Below are positions 28,122 through 39,249 of a stretch of DNA of 64,000 nt, piece by piece. The notes beneath the pieces are model-generated. The model was not told the DNA's origin, ran no database searches, and saw only the letters and a list, made by a program, of their open reading frames with translations. The translations under genes were made by a program, and so were the position numbers. Numbering within the stretch: the first letter of the stretch is position 1; each line of letters begins with the position of its first letter. The DNA comes from Nemertoderma westbladi. Taxonomy: Eukaryota; Animalia; Xenacoelomorpha. Location: positions 1 through 64,000 of the forward strand of contig JAUCBJ010008238.1 of assembly GCA_032718475.1 (NCBI GenBank), in the 5' to 3' direction.

Positions 28122-29204
28122 TTAATTACCAGCTGAGTTCTGTGAGATACAAGATGAGGGCTGATCCATATCGTCTGAGAGAAACATAATGCCGGTCATT
28201 ACGCAGAGACCGGTGATCATAGCGAGGAGTTTGAGTAGCCGGTCCCGCGGATGGTTCATCTCGTGGGGAAGAACTTCGAAGAAGGTCACATAGAGGAAGG
28301 TGCCGGTAGCTAAACCCTGAAGGATGCCGTTGGAAAGAGAGTGAGTGAGAGAGGAGGTGAAGTCCTCCACGGCTAAACCGAGAGCGATTCCTATAGGAGA
28401 GGAGAGCGAGAATCCCACGACACTGCGGAGGATAGCCGCCGTACTCAGTTTACTCTGCACCAAATTCATTCCTAAACTGAAACCTAAAACCGATTTGTGA
28501 ATAGCGATGGCCGCGAATATCGCGAATACATCCTCCGACGTGGATTGCAGTCCTACAGCCAGCCCCTCGAACACAGAGTGTAGCGAGAGAGCGACTAGTA
28601 GCAGCATAGAGCGTAGAATCGAGTGATTAATCGGTTCGTCTGGCGCCGTTGTCGGTCTGTCGGATATACCGACAATGGAACCGTCGCTGGCGTTCCCGCT
28701 GGTCGTCCCGGCAACTAGCGGACGACGAGACTCGTCTGTTTCCCATTCCGTCTCGCTGAACGGAGAGAACCGTTTCATCCTGGTCTGTATGTTCGTCTCC
28801 TTGGCAGCGAGGACGCACTGCTCAACCGAGAGGATGACAAAGAACCCGATTATAGTGATGAACTCGGCTATAGGGAATCCGACGTAGTGAACTACATTAA
28901 GTTCAGAGAACGCTTCGGCCATCTTATTGCGGACCTCTGGTAGGAGGTCTAGGAGACAAGTTCCGATAAAGACCCCGCCCGCAAAGCAGCTAAGGAGACT
29001 GACGATGCGTCGGCGGGTCAGTTTGGTGCAATGGAATCGAGTTGGTCGTTCGTTGATCGGTTCCAGAGATTCTCCCCGGGAACGGACCGTCCGACCGCTA
29101 TTCCGGTGTTTACGAGGTACAACTCGTAGCGGAATTAAACCGAATATTACAGTTAATATTAATACGCTGATTAAGGTTATAACTTTAGCAATTCGCACAT
29201 CCAT
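28122..29204 (-). CDS. ZIP-family (SLC39 subfamily II, ZIP1/ZIP3-like) zinc transporter
   Basis: 360-aa ORF with CFAGGVFIGTCLLDLLP, ALSLHSVFEGLAVG, IAIHKS and GTFLYVTFFEVL motifs; multiple TM segments. Confidence 0.93.
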   Translation of the reverse strand: MDVRIAKVITLISVLILTVIFGLIPLRVVPRKHRNSGRTVRSRGESLEPINERPTRFHCTKLTRRRIVSLLSCFAGGVFIGTCLLDLLPEVRNKMAEAFSELNVVHYVGFPIAEFITIIGFFVILSVEQCVLAAKETNIQTRMKRFSPFSETEWETDESRRPLVAGTTSGNASDGSIVGISDRPTTAPDEPINHSILRSMLLLVALSLHSVFEGLAVGLQSTSEDVFAIFAAIAIHKSVLGFSLGMNLVQSKLSTAAILRSVVGFSLSSPIGIALGLAVEDFTSSLTHSLSNGILQGLATGTFLYVTFFEVLPHEMNHPRDRLLKLLAMITGLCVMTGIMFLSDDMDQPSSCISQNSAGN

Positions 29205-29308
29205 GATTGCCGGAATGATAGAATTTGGGCCTATTGATTATTACAATTACCGGTAATTTCCAAACATAAACATAACATCAAATAAAATCAGTTTCAAACA
29301 ATTAGGTA

Positions 29309-32052
29309 CCGTAAAATGGGGCTACTTTGCCCACTTGGCCCAAAGTTGATGGCGTCGACGCGACGGTTGTTAAATATGTCTATACTTTGAATAAGGTCAA
29401 TATGAATGTATCCATAGGGTACTCCAGTAATTATTTTATGTGATAAAACTTTACTTTGTTGCTTTTTTTTGTGTTTGCATATAGTTTCCTGCATTGGGCA
29501 AAGTTGCCCCACTTGTGGACAACTTTGCCCATCACAGTTTTTTCATAGCAAATTACACAATTTTCGCCATATTTTCCCTAAACTTTGTCTTACAATTTGT
29601 AGAATATTCACTAGTTTAGGCAAAATTGACATAAATCAGGACAACTTTGCCCACTGGCAAGATTAAAAAAAAACCCTAACCCAATTCACCATCGCATAGT
29701 GAAATGGGAGGCATTACTGTATATATGAACATATATAACAAAGAACTTATACTAATAACAGACTAATGCCAGAATGCACAAACACTATTAAGAATATAAT
29801 TTCATATTCATATAAGAAATATTGCATATAAACAAACTACAGTATATAAACGAAGTTGAAGCTCAGTTATTTAGAAAACAGTATGCTAGAGTTCAAGTTC
29901 ACGTTCCATGCACAAGCAGTTCAAAATCAAAACAATAGGCATAAGCTATACCGGTATATAGAGTTCAAGTTCACGATCGAAGAGATCGAAAACAGGTTCA
30001 AGTTCACTTTGCGGGAGATCAAAATCAAAACAATAAGCTAGAGTTCCAGTTCACGATCCAAGAGTTAGAAAAGAGTTAAAGTTCACATTGCAGGAGTTTG
30101 AAATCAAAATGATAAGCTGCTAGAGTTCAAGTTCACGATCCAGGAGTTCGAGTTCGAAATTCCAATCAGCGAACAATTCTATAGGACTGCTGTGACCACT
30201 CATTGGGCTAGCGGGTAATATTTCATCAAAATCACAAATACCTGCAATTGTCCCCTCACTGCTATCAGTGGCAGCAGACGTATTACTATCATCATGGCTA
30301 TCTGAGATATCAGGCCAGCATTCACTGCTAACAGATGAGTCAGAACTCGATACAATTTCATCATCAGACTGTTGTGGGAATAAATTCCTTCCTGCCCTTC
30401 TCCCAATCACCTCCTGCAACCTTTGACTGTGAGTATTTCCACGTCCTCGAGCACCCTGACCATGACCACAACTGCGCCCTCGACCCCGATTTTGATTCTC
30501 CTTATCTTTCCTTTGAATGTATGTCTTCGGCAGACACTGATTTACCAGCTGGTACATCCAATTTGTAACGTTTCGATTTTGAATGGGGTGCATTTCTTCT
30601 TGAGAGCTGAAGATATTCCAGTAGGGAACTCGAGATAAGTTTGCTGGCATTGGTTCTCGGTGACTGCAGTACAGTGGAACTTGATGTCAATGATGATAGA
30701 GTGACTGGAATGGGTTCCCCCATTGCCAGAATGACTGGTGTGGATGTTGTTGATTCCACTGGTGCCTGTGCGACCAGTATGGATTCCCCTGGGGTAAGAG
30801 CAGATGGCGTGGGTGCCACCTGATTGGGTGGGGGAGTGGGTGATGATGTATATCCTGGAAGTTTCTTTAACACCTGCGTCGAATCTAATGGAACAATACC
30901 AGTTGCTCGGAAACCGGATTTCAGATTCTTTGCTGCTGCTCCATTCTCATGAAGTTTCTGGATGAGCTGGTCAAGAAGTTTAGGGAAACATTGCTTCTCA
31001 AGTGAGGTGCTACCTGGATTTTTTGTTTTATATTGATCAAGTATTTGGTGCCAATGACACTTTAGTGGTCTGAAGAATGCCACGTCTAGAGGTTGGGTGA
31101 GATGGGTACTGTTTCTTGGGAGAAACACAAAATTTATGTTGTTATCAGCACATTGTTGAATGACCCCCTCACTTATATGGGCACTTAAATTATCCCCGAT
31201 TATGACCTTATTTCCCTCCAGAGACTTTGCCCAAGGCAAAACGATTGTCAGGAACCACTCCTCAAAGGATGGTTCATCCATCCAACCACTGACTGTTTGG
31301 GCAAAGCGTGTATTTGGAGGCCCCCCTTGACACCAGTTGGCCCACAAAATAGCACAAATGCTTGGACTTATAGATCACATACACACCCAACAGTTGTCCA
31401 TCTGCACTCCCTGAGAACATGAGGCTGATCGCCCCCTTGGAATAATTTTGAACTTTTTCAGGATATTTAACTCCTCTTTTAAACAGTAATTTCTTTGACC
31501 CTGGGTTATCAGTGATGTTTGTTTCGTCATAATTAAGGACATTTGTGGCAGGAATCCCCTCTAAAGTTACCTGAAGGTGTTCAAAGTAGGCAGAAATATC
31601 TGCCGGTCCAACTGCAGCCCTGGCACGTTTGATATTTTGGCACAGACGAAGTGAAAGCTGATCCTTATTTCTTTCCGTAAATAGTAGTGCCCATTCCCTA
31701 CCAGGTAGATTATCGATAAAAGCATCTACTTTCCTTCCACAGCGGTTCAAATAATTTCTAACTGGATTCGTAAATCCATCATCGATAAGGGCATGCCCCA
31801 GTCTGCACAAATGGATAAGTGGTTGACAATTGATGTCTCCTCATATCGCATTAGAATATTTGGATGCCCAACTTGCTTACCATGTTGTCCATGAAGTTGA
31901 TTTAGGATCGTTCTACGTGGAATCCGGAATTGTGCCTCAGCTTGGCGACTACTTAAGCCATTCTCCATTGCCTCCACTGCATCCTTCAACTTACTATCTG
32001 TATAGTCACGATACTTTCTAGAACCAAGTTTACGCTTTCTATTTCTAACCAT
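29309..32052 (-). mobile_element. Decayed pogo/Fot1-like DNA transposon (DD35D), 5' end missing
   Basis: HTH-psq-like N-terminus (31747-32052); NYDETN, GDNLSAH and QPLDVAFF with 35-aa D-D spacing over four frameshifted ORFs; putative TIR TA|CCGTAAAATGGGGCTACTTTGCCC at 29309 with subterminal ACTTTGCCC repeats; partner TIR not found. Confidence 0.88.
29885..30160. repeat. Degenerate tandem repeat in the transposon 3' region
   Basis: AGAGTTCAAGTTCAC-like core about 7 times; last copy overlaps the stop of the final transposase-frame ORF. Confidence 0.7.
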
Positions 32053-32067
32053 TATTGTAATGACAAA

Positions 32068-34392
32068 TTATGTAAAAACAATAACAAATACACCAAACAA
32101 TGTACCGGTATAATTAACCGATACACGCAGGGCGACCCACTAGCAATGGGTGGATATGGTTGCTCCTCGTTGCCACTGATCTGGGTTCTCCGCAGCATTG
32201 CAGCTTCTTCACAGGCGGTGCAGGCGGCTGTCGCGCCCGCAACGGACTCGGCCGTTCCTCCGAATTCACCGGCGGTGCAGGTGCAGGCGTTTGTCACGCC
32301 CGTAACGGACTCGATTGTTCCCCCGATTTCACTGGCAGTGCAGGCGGTTGTCGCGCCAGTAACGGACTCGGTCATTCCTCTGACTTCACCAGCGGTGCAG
32401 GCGTCAGTCGCGCCTGTAACGGACTCAATTGTTCCTCCGACTTCACCGGCGGTGCAGGTGGTTGTCGCACCAGTAACGGAGTCTGTCATTCCTCCGACTT
32501 CACCGCGGTGCAGGCTGATGTCGCGCCCCTAAAGGACTCGGTCGTTCCCCTGACTTCACCGGCTGTGCAAGAACCATGCAACAAGCGCTCGGAATGCTGC
32601 CAGTGTTGGTACGCTGACGATGCCTCGGCTGTTGGCAGACTGGCAGCTGTACATCGGTGGTGGCTGATGCTGAAAGAATTCGGCCCCTCAATCGGATACT
32701 TCCCTGAGCCGAGTAAGAGCCAGTTGGTTATCAAACATGGACTGGAAGACGCTGCCCACGAGATATTCGGCTGCAGCGGTGTCTGGATATCTCATGGCCA
32801 CCGCTTTCTTGGAGGCTATGTTGGTGACGCCGTTGGCAAGCGTGCGTTTCTAGCGGAGAAGGTGTCTGGCTGGACGAAGTCCATCGACATCCTAGCGGAC
32901 GTCGCGACAGAGTTCCCTCAGACAGCCCACTCAGCGATGAGCCGCTGTCTGCAAGCTGAGTGGGACTACATCCTCCGGGTGTGCAACCAACACGAGTCAG
33001 AACTCGCTCCGATCCGGTCGATGATGTTCAACCAATACATCCCCTCTCTCTTCGGTTCGACCCCCAGCCCGGCCCTCGATCGGCTCCTGCTTCTCCCGGT
33101 CCGACACGGTGGTCTGGGCATCCGGGACCCCATCGAGTGATCCGGGCCGGCCCATCTCGCATCGACTTCCGGTACTGCGAGGGTTGTGGAGGCCATAGAG
33201 ACTGGCGGGCGTCTCCACGTTGCTGACCACGTCGCCTGCCTCAAGACAGCCCTTGTCGAGTCAGACACAGGACGCCGCCTGTAAGACCAAATTCGAGGCC
33301 TCCCTGGCGGCGTTCCCACCTGATCAGCGCCGAACTGTCAGCCGGGCGGCGAAATACAAGACTGGTGGATGGCTCTCCGCGCAACCCTCGCCCATAGACC
33401 ACACCAACCTGGACCCGCAGTCTTTTCAGGACAACCTCGCGTTGCGGTATAGTACCCCCCCCCCCCAGACCTTCCAGTAAACTGCGAGGGCTGCGGCGAG
33501 CCCTACGACACTGCGCACGCTCTCAGCTGCAAGGTCGGAGGGCTAGTTATTCGCCGGCACAATGAGATCCGGGACGTGTTTGGTGACCTTCTTGCGTAGG
33601 TCTTCGGTGCGACTAACGTCGAGCGGGAGGTCACCCTGGCCGAAGGTCACCTGGTCTCGGATGGGCAGGCGGTGGAGGGGGTGAGGGCGGATTTGGTATC
33701 CAGGGGTGTTTGGGCGAACCAGGTAGTGGCATCTTTCGACGCATCGATTATAAATCTCGACGCCACTTCCTATGTTCGCTCAAACGCCTCAACGGAGACC
33801 TTACTCGCCCAGAGGGAGCGGGTCAAGCGGGCCCACTACCAGGAGGCCTGCGAATCCCGCAGGATGCACTTCACCCCGTTGGTGTGTTCCACCGACGGTG
33901 TGTGGGGTGCGGAGGTGGCTGTATTCATCCGGCACCTTGCGGAGACCCTATGCTCTAAGAGGGTCGGGATGAGACAGCGGGGTTTGGGAGAGGTTTTGGG
34001 TGCGGTGAGGCAGCGGCTGCAGTTTGGTCTCCTTCAGGCAACCTCTTTGTGCCTCCGGGGTGGTAGGAGGCCGTGGCGGGGCCTCGGGTTTGGGGGTGGG
34101 GCGGGGATTCGGGGTGTTGACCCAGATATGTACTGATTACATATCTGTTTCTTTATTGTAAATTATTTATTGTTAACCTGTGCTTCAACCTTAATTATTC
34201 TACTTAATTAATTTGTGATCATTTGTGCTTCGCCTGATTTTATATTTTAGAATTTTTTTATAGTGTCTTAATATCAGAGATTGATATGAAGTTATTAAAT
34301 GTCTGTTATGATTATTCCAAAAAAAAAAAAAAAAAAAATGTACCGGTATAAAGGTATTGTCCAACATAACATATAGGATTACCCCTAAAGCT
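32068..34392 (-). mobile_element. About 85-bp fragment of the L2/CR1 3' UTR, split by the CRE-like insertion
   Basis: 32068-32113 plus 34352-34392 match the uninterrupted sequence at about 51562-51648. Confidence 0.85.
32114..34336 (+). mobile_element. 5'-truncated CRE-clade-like non-LTR retrotransposon (RT, zinc knuckle, restriction-like endonuclease)
   Basis: TQGDPLAM, WYADD, RFLGGYVG, LPVRHGGLGI; CxxC...HALSCKVGGLVIRRHNEIRD; RADL...FD...K; poly(A) tail; 15-bp TSD AATGTACCGGTATAA at 32099-32113 and 34337-34351; stops and frameshifts. Confidence 0.88.
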
Positions 34393-34931
34393 AAGCCATC
34401 TTGCGAACAATTATAATTACACTATGGCTAGTTATATAGACCTATTCTGATATTGGCTTCCGACAATCTGACAATATTATGGCTTCCGACACACACACAG
34501 ACTTTTGGAAAACGGCCATAGTATAATTACAGAATTATGTAATGAATGAATTACGCCATGATATTGGCAAATAACAATATACATAAAATATATAGCAATA
34601 TATTATAAATATATTAAAATAAATTAAAATGTACAAGATTCCTACTCGTCTTCCGCCCACGTTGAGATTGATTTCCGGTTAGAGGGGCAAGATAATATGT
34701 GGTAGAGTGGTGCTGAGTTCCTGCAGAGTTTACATATGCAAGTTTCAAGAGGATCATGATAGCCATCGGTGCAACACAGTTTATAATGAATGCCATGTAT
34801 AGCCAATCTCGTAATGAGGTGCCTGTTGTGTTGCATTGGTTCTACCCAGCTCCTAGAAGTAAAACCTGGACCTGAGAGGAACTCATTAGATATCTCCTGT
34901 ACTTTTGCGTCAACATTCTTTCTATATAGTT

Positions 34932-36184
34932 TGTTCGCGCTTTCAGACCTTTGGCAGTTTAACCCGCCAAATTAGGATGTCTTCTAGATAATAAATCACC
35001 TTTAGTCTATGACAAGTATTTAATTCACTACACTAGTCGAAACCAATCTGTGCGCGATCATTCACCCGCTGGATATACCCGGGAGATTGGGTTCGACGGC
35101 TTAATCTTATTGCTATGTAAGCCTAATGTATTATTCGACTGACAGTATTATATAATCTCTGACAATATTATTCACCTTCAGGGAATATTAACAGTTCCTT
35201 TAGGACGTGGCGCTCTATCTATATAAACAGAGTTATGACTTAAACTACTCACAACGATATGGCTTAGTTACAATTCACATATATGGCGCATTCTTTAGGA
35301 AATGCTTCGTTATCAGTCTCACTCATACACAATGCTGCACAATACTGCACACTGATCTGCCGATCTTCACTGATTTTAGTCACATATAAAAGGAACACGG
35401 ACCGAATCATGTAGGGTCTATCAAATAACATTAGATTCACTTCAAACCACTCAACATAGGTCGCAATCATTTATCTGTAACCTTTCTCTCTTACCTTCGG
35501 TATATCAAGAATATTGGGTTTTCGGGGTTATTTGTCGTTATTCCAAATATAATAATTCATCAACCATATTATGAAGAAAACACTGATAGTAAATAGCAGT
35601 ATAACAATATAAAGTATGCACAGTGTTACACAGTATGCAGTGTATGCAGTACTGCAGTATGCAGTATGCAGATAACGGATATATGTCCTTATAATTAAGC
35701 CTACTAGTGTAGGGCTAAAGCAGAAAAGCACAAAATACTCCAAAGCCGTTCTTCCTGGCTTAGAATCACCAACAACACTGATAAGAATAACTATAAGAAT
35801 ACCAGCTACCCTTATTCCACGAAGCTCCCGTCCAACACAGAGAAAGAGCAGTGAGATAGGAAAATTCAGTTCAGTAGCTCTGTGATAGGTCAAAATCAAA
35901 GCCAACTCAAATCCTATTGGCAGATACAGAAGGCAGGGCTATGGGGCAACGTGGCAATATCAGCCGTTAGCCGTCGTCATGGTAGCGACACTGTTTTCAA
36001 GAGTATCGAGCTTTTACGTCACGAAATTGCAGATTATGTCCTCTAAAGTACAAATACAGAAGAAATGGCTTTTATGTCCTCCAAAACACCAGTACAGCAA
36101 GGACACGGCCTTTTATGCCTGGTAAACCAACCACAGAGTACTTTACGGGGATAATAACCGGCTAATTACGCAAAAGCTTTTACA
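34932..36184 (-). repeat. 3' LTR
   Basis: Direct repeat of 45589-46841; only 3 mismatches seen by eye. Confidence 0.95.
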
Positions 36185-38410
36185 CCGCTCCCAGAAAATG
36201 GGATTTAAGTCTATAAAATATAACAAATCACAGTTTCTAAAATATAAAGATACTCTAAACAGTTAGTCTTTCTTACGCAGACGGCGTTTACGCAGTTTTT
36301 TGAGGCTAGCAAGAGTCCTTTTCTCTTTGGGGCGAGCCACTTTACTAGGAGGGCTATAAATCCTGGGTGAAGGGTGCAATATGATTGCATCAGAAGGTGT
36401 AGGATTATGGTCGGGGTATCCGCCGTTTCGATATGCTTCTCCTCGAGCTGATTTTCCTCCGCTCGTAGCTGGATACGTTCATCCAAAACTCTCGCAGAGA
36501 ATAGGGTTTTCTAAGCTTGATATCTTCTTAGAGATTCGAGATTTCCCAATCGAACTGAGATAAGGCCAATTCGTTTATCGATTGGACTTACTGTTATAAC
36601 TTACGTTTATCTGAACAAACGCAGGTTTCCTTTTTGATCTTTATAGAATAGCGTTTAACTCGTTTCGTACAACGCTCTCCTTCACCTTGATGAAGGGTTG
36701 TATCGCGTTAAACGGGAACGACCATACGGTTGGATAGTGATATTAGGTGTCCGCGTCACAATCCGGCTAGGTAAGATGGGCGGCTAGCTAGAAATCACTG
36801 TCGGAGTGTTACCGATTAATTGTTAGGGTAGCACTAGATCTTTGAACAGTGAATACAGTCCGCGAGGATCCGCGACACCACCAGGATCGCAGGTCTGAGG
36901 TCCAACTAAGGAATGAGGAGGTTTGACCGAGTATTCCGGGACTCTGATCGTAGGTTTACTCCAGGATCGTTCGAGCCGAGTGAGCATAGGTGATACGTCA
37001 AACAAGTTTCGCTCGAAACTCCAGTAAATATAACGAGCACAACTGTGTTTAACACAACGTTTCCGTGGATGTTTATGTCTTTCCGTTTATTAGTTGGGTC
37101 TAGGGCATTTATCGTAATAATACCAAAGACGCACGTCTGGTAGGGGAAACGCGGGTGATATTTATTTGTTGTTACAATGCTTCTATCAAGAATTCCAAAT
37201 ATACGTTGGAGTTACCGCGTTTATTTGTTTCTTTAGTGTCTTTTCTTTCGAGTCGATTTCGAATAGAATTTTCGCATTCGAATTTCAGTTTATGGTTCCG
37301 ACTCCGCTGGGCAGGATATATAGTCGACATAGTCCGTATTATGTAAATCGATAGGATGACCAGTAGTTAAGAAGCCCATATACGTACCATTACGCTGCGT
37401 ATATCGAGCAGCGAATTTTCTATAGTCCAACTCACGCGTGAGCTGCTCTTGGGACATTGGCGGTTCGATATAACGACCATCGTCCTCCGCAGCAGTTGGA
37501 CTAACGTCGCCGCGTATTAAGCTATCAACAAACGCTTGTAAAAGTAGAGTATATCGCTCCCCGATACCAAGACCATCTTCTATCAACTCCGTCATATCTG
37601 CTATATATGAGTTTATCCATATTATAATGAGTCCACATTTAGGCGAGCGGGCGTCGCTGCCTACCCCAATCAACCCCCGGACAGTACGAGATCCTCAGCG
37701 CCGATGTGTCGTCGCCGCTGTACTTTCGCCAACGACGTAGCCGCACAACGACAACGACAACCGGCACAAGTCACTCGACTGTCCGTCCCAAAGGCTTAGA
37801 TACACCTCAGGTTCTTACTGGAGAGTTAGGGTTACTTTCACAATTGCGACTCGCTACTGTAAACACACCTTAGTAGTAACATTCGCCTATAAACTCACAA
37901 ATACCACACACACAACTTGTCACAAATTACACACACTCGGGCCATTTGTCCGTTAGTCAATGCCTTCCAGAATGTCACTGTATTATTATGTATCCTTGGA
38001 TACTAGCAGTGCGCTATTTATTCCCTATGCTATTCAATGGGACAAGCTTTCTATTGTTCTTTTAACTCAATTCTAATTCTAGCGTGGTTGTTGCTATGGT
38101 GACATTATGTAAAGCTAGCGGTAGAATTAGGGTAATTCCAATGCATACAGATCTGGGATGTTATTTAATAGTAATTCTTTAATAGTCAATGTCCTGTTTT
38201 ATACATGACTTTACGAATTTTATCGGCTATTGACTATGTTTGGGAGACTTTCGCACACGCATACGCATAATAAGATAAATCTCCGCTCCCTTGATCTATT
38301 AATTAATGGAATTTTGGGAATGTTATAAATTGCGTAAAATGGCAATTTATTAAATTCATTAAAAGACATGAATTTAAATTTATTCCCTGAAATTTTATTA
38401 TTTGATAATT

Positions 38411-38735
38411 AAATGGGCATATTTTGATTCTAGAACATGTCTAGGGACACAAGATCCTTAATTCTAAGAAAATTGTCTCTTTAAGAATATCGGTAAATGC
38501 TACGATATCTTAATTGACTAGAATTGTTGAAGGATCTGAATTTTACAGATTTTGACTTATTTGATTTGTAAATATTAAATAATTAATATTTGAGATGGGC
38601 ACCGATTTATTCCAGAACTTGTCTGGGGACGTTAACCACTGATTCTATAATTTGTCTTTCAAGTATATCGGTGGGTGCCGCGATATCTTAATCGACTAGA
38701 ATTACAGATGGTCAAAGGGTTTAACAGATTTATTT
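38411..38735. repeat. Diverged about 180-bp tandem duplication in the element's 3' non-coding region
   Basis: ATGGGCA...AGAAC..GTCT.GGGAC...TATCGGT...CGATATCTTAAT.GACTAGAATT at about 38413 and 38595. Confidence 0.7.
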
Positions 38736-39249
38736 TGCGTTATACGCTACTGTTAAAGGGACATCACGCTACTATATGTATTATTTAATATACGGTATGA
38801 GAGCAATATCGCACGAAGCAATGTCAGTGTGAAGAGGCAAGTCGTTTCCAAGGTCTACCCAGAGCTTGGTTTAGCCGAGACACGAGGATCTGAACTTTGC
38901 ATTCCTAATACTCTGCCTACCAATAATACTTTAATATAGTAGTGGCTTTATTGTACTTTAATAAGTACGGACATTTCATCTTACTGTAGTTACGTATTTG
39001 TAATGTAATACGGACAGTAAGGAAAGAGAGAAAATAATTATTTCTTCGCCGTCGCACTAAATATAATATAAGTAATTACGTACGCAATAAACACGAATAT
39101 ATTGCACTATTCTACTAAATAATCGCTAAATAATATTCTACTAAATTAAATAAAACGATTATAATAAAATTACATAGTAATACATACATAAATATAAAAA
39201 TAATAAAATAATATAAAATAATAGAGTCACACACCCACTCCATATGTTG

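Noticed and set aside
35207-35905. Small ORFs repeated at 45864-46562 and 61878-62128
   Set aside because: They recur only because they lie in LTRs; frames are not preserved in the diverged LTR
37290-37673. Accessory (env-like) ORF in the LTR element 3' region
   Set aside because: No recognisable motif; in the overlap with the sister copy three of four differences seen are non-synonymous
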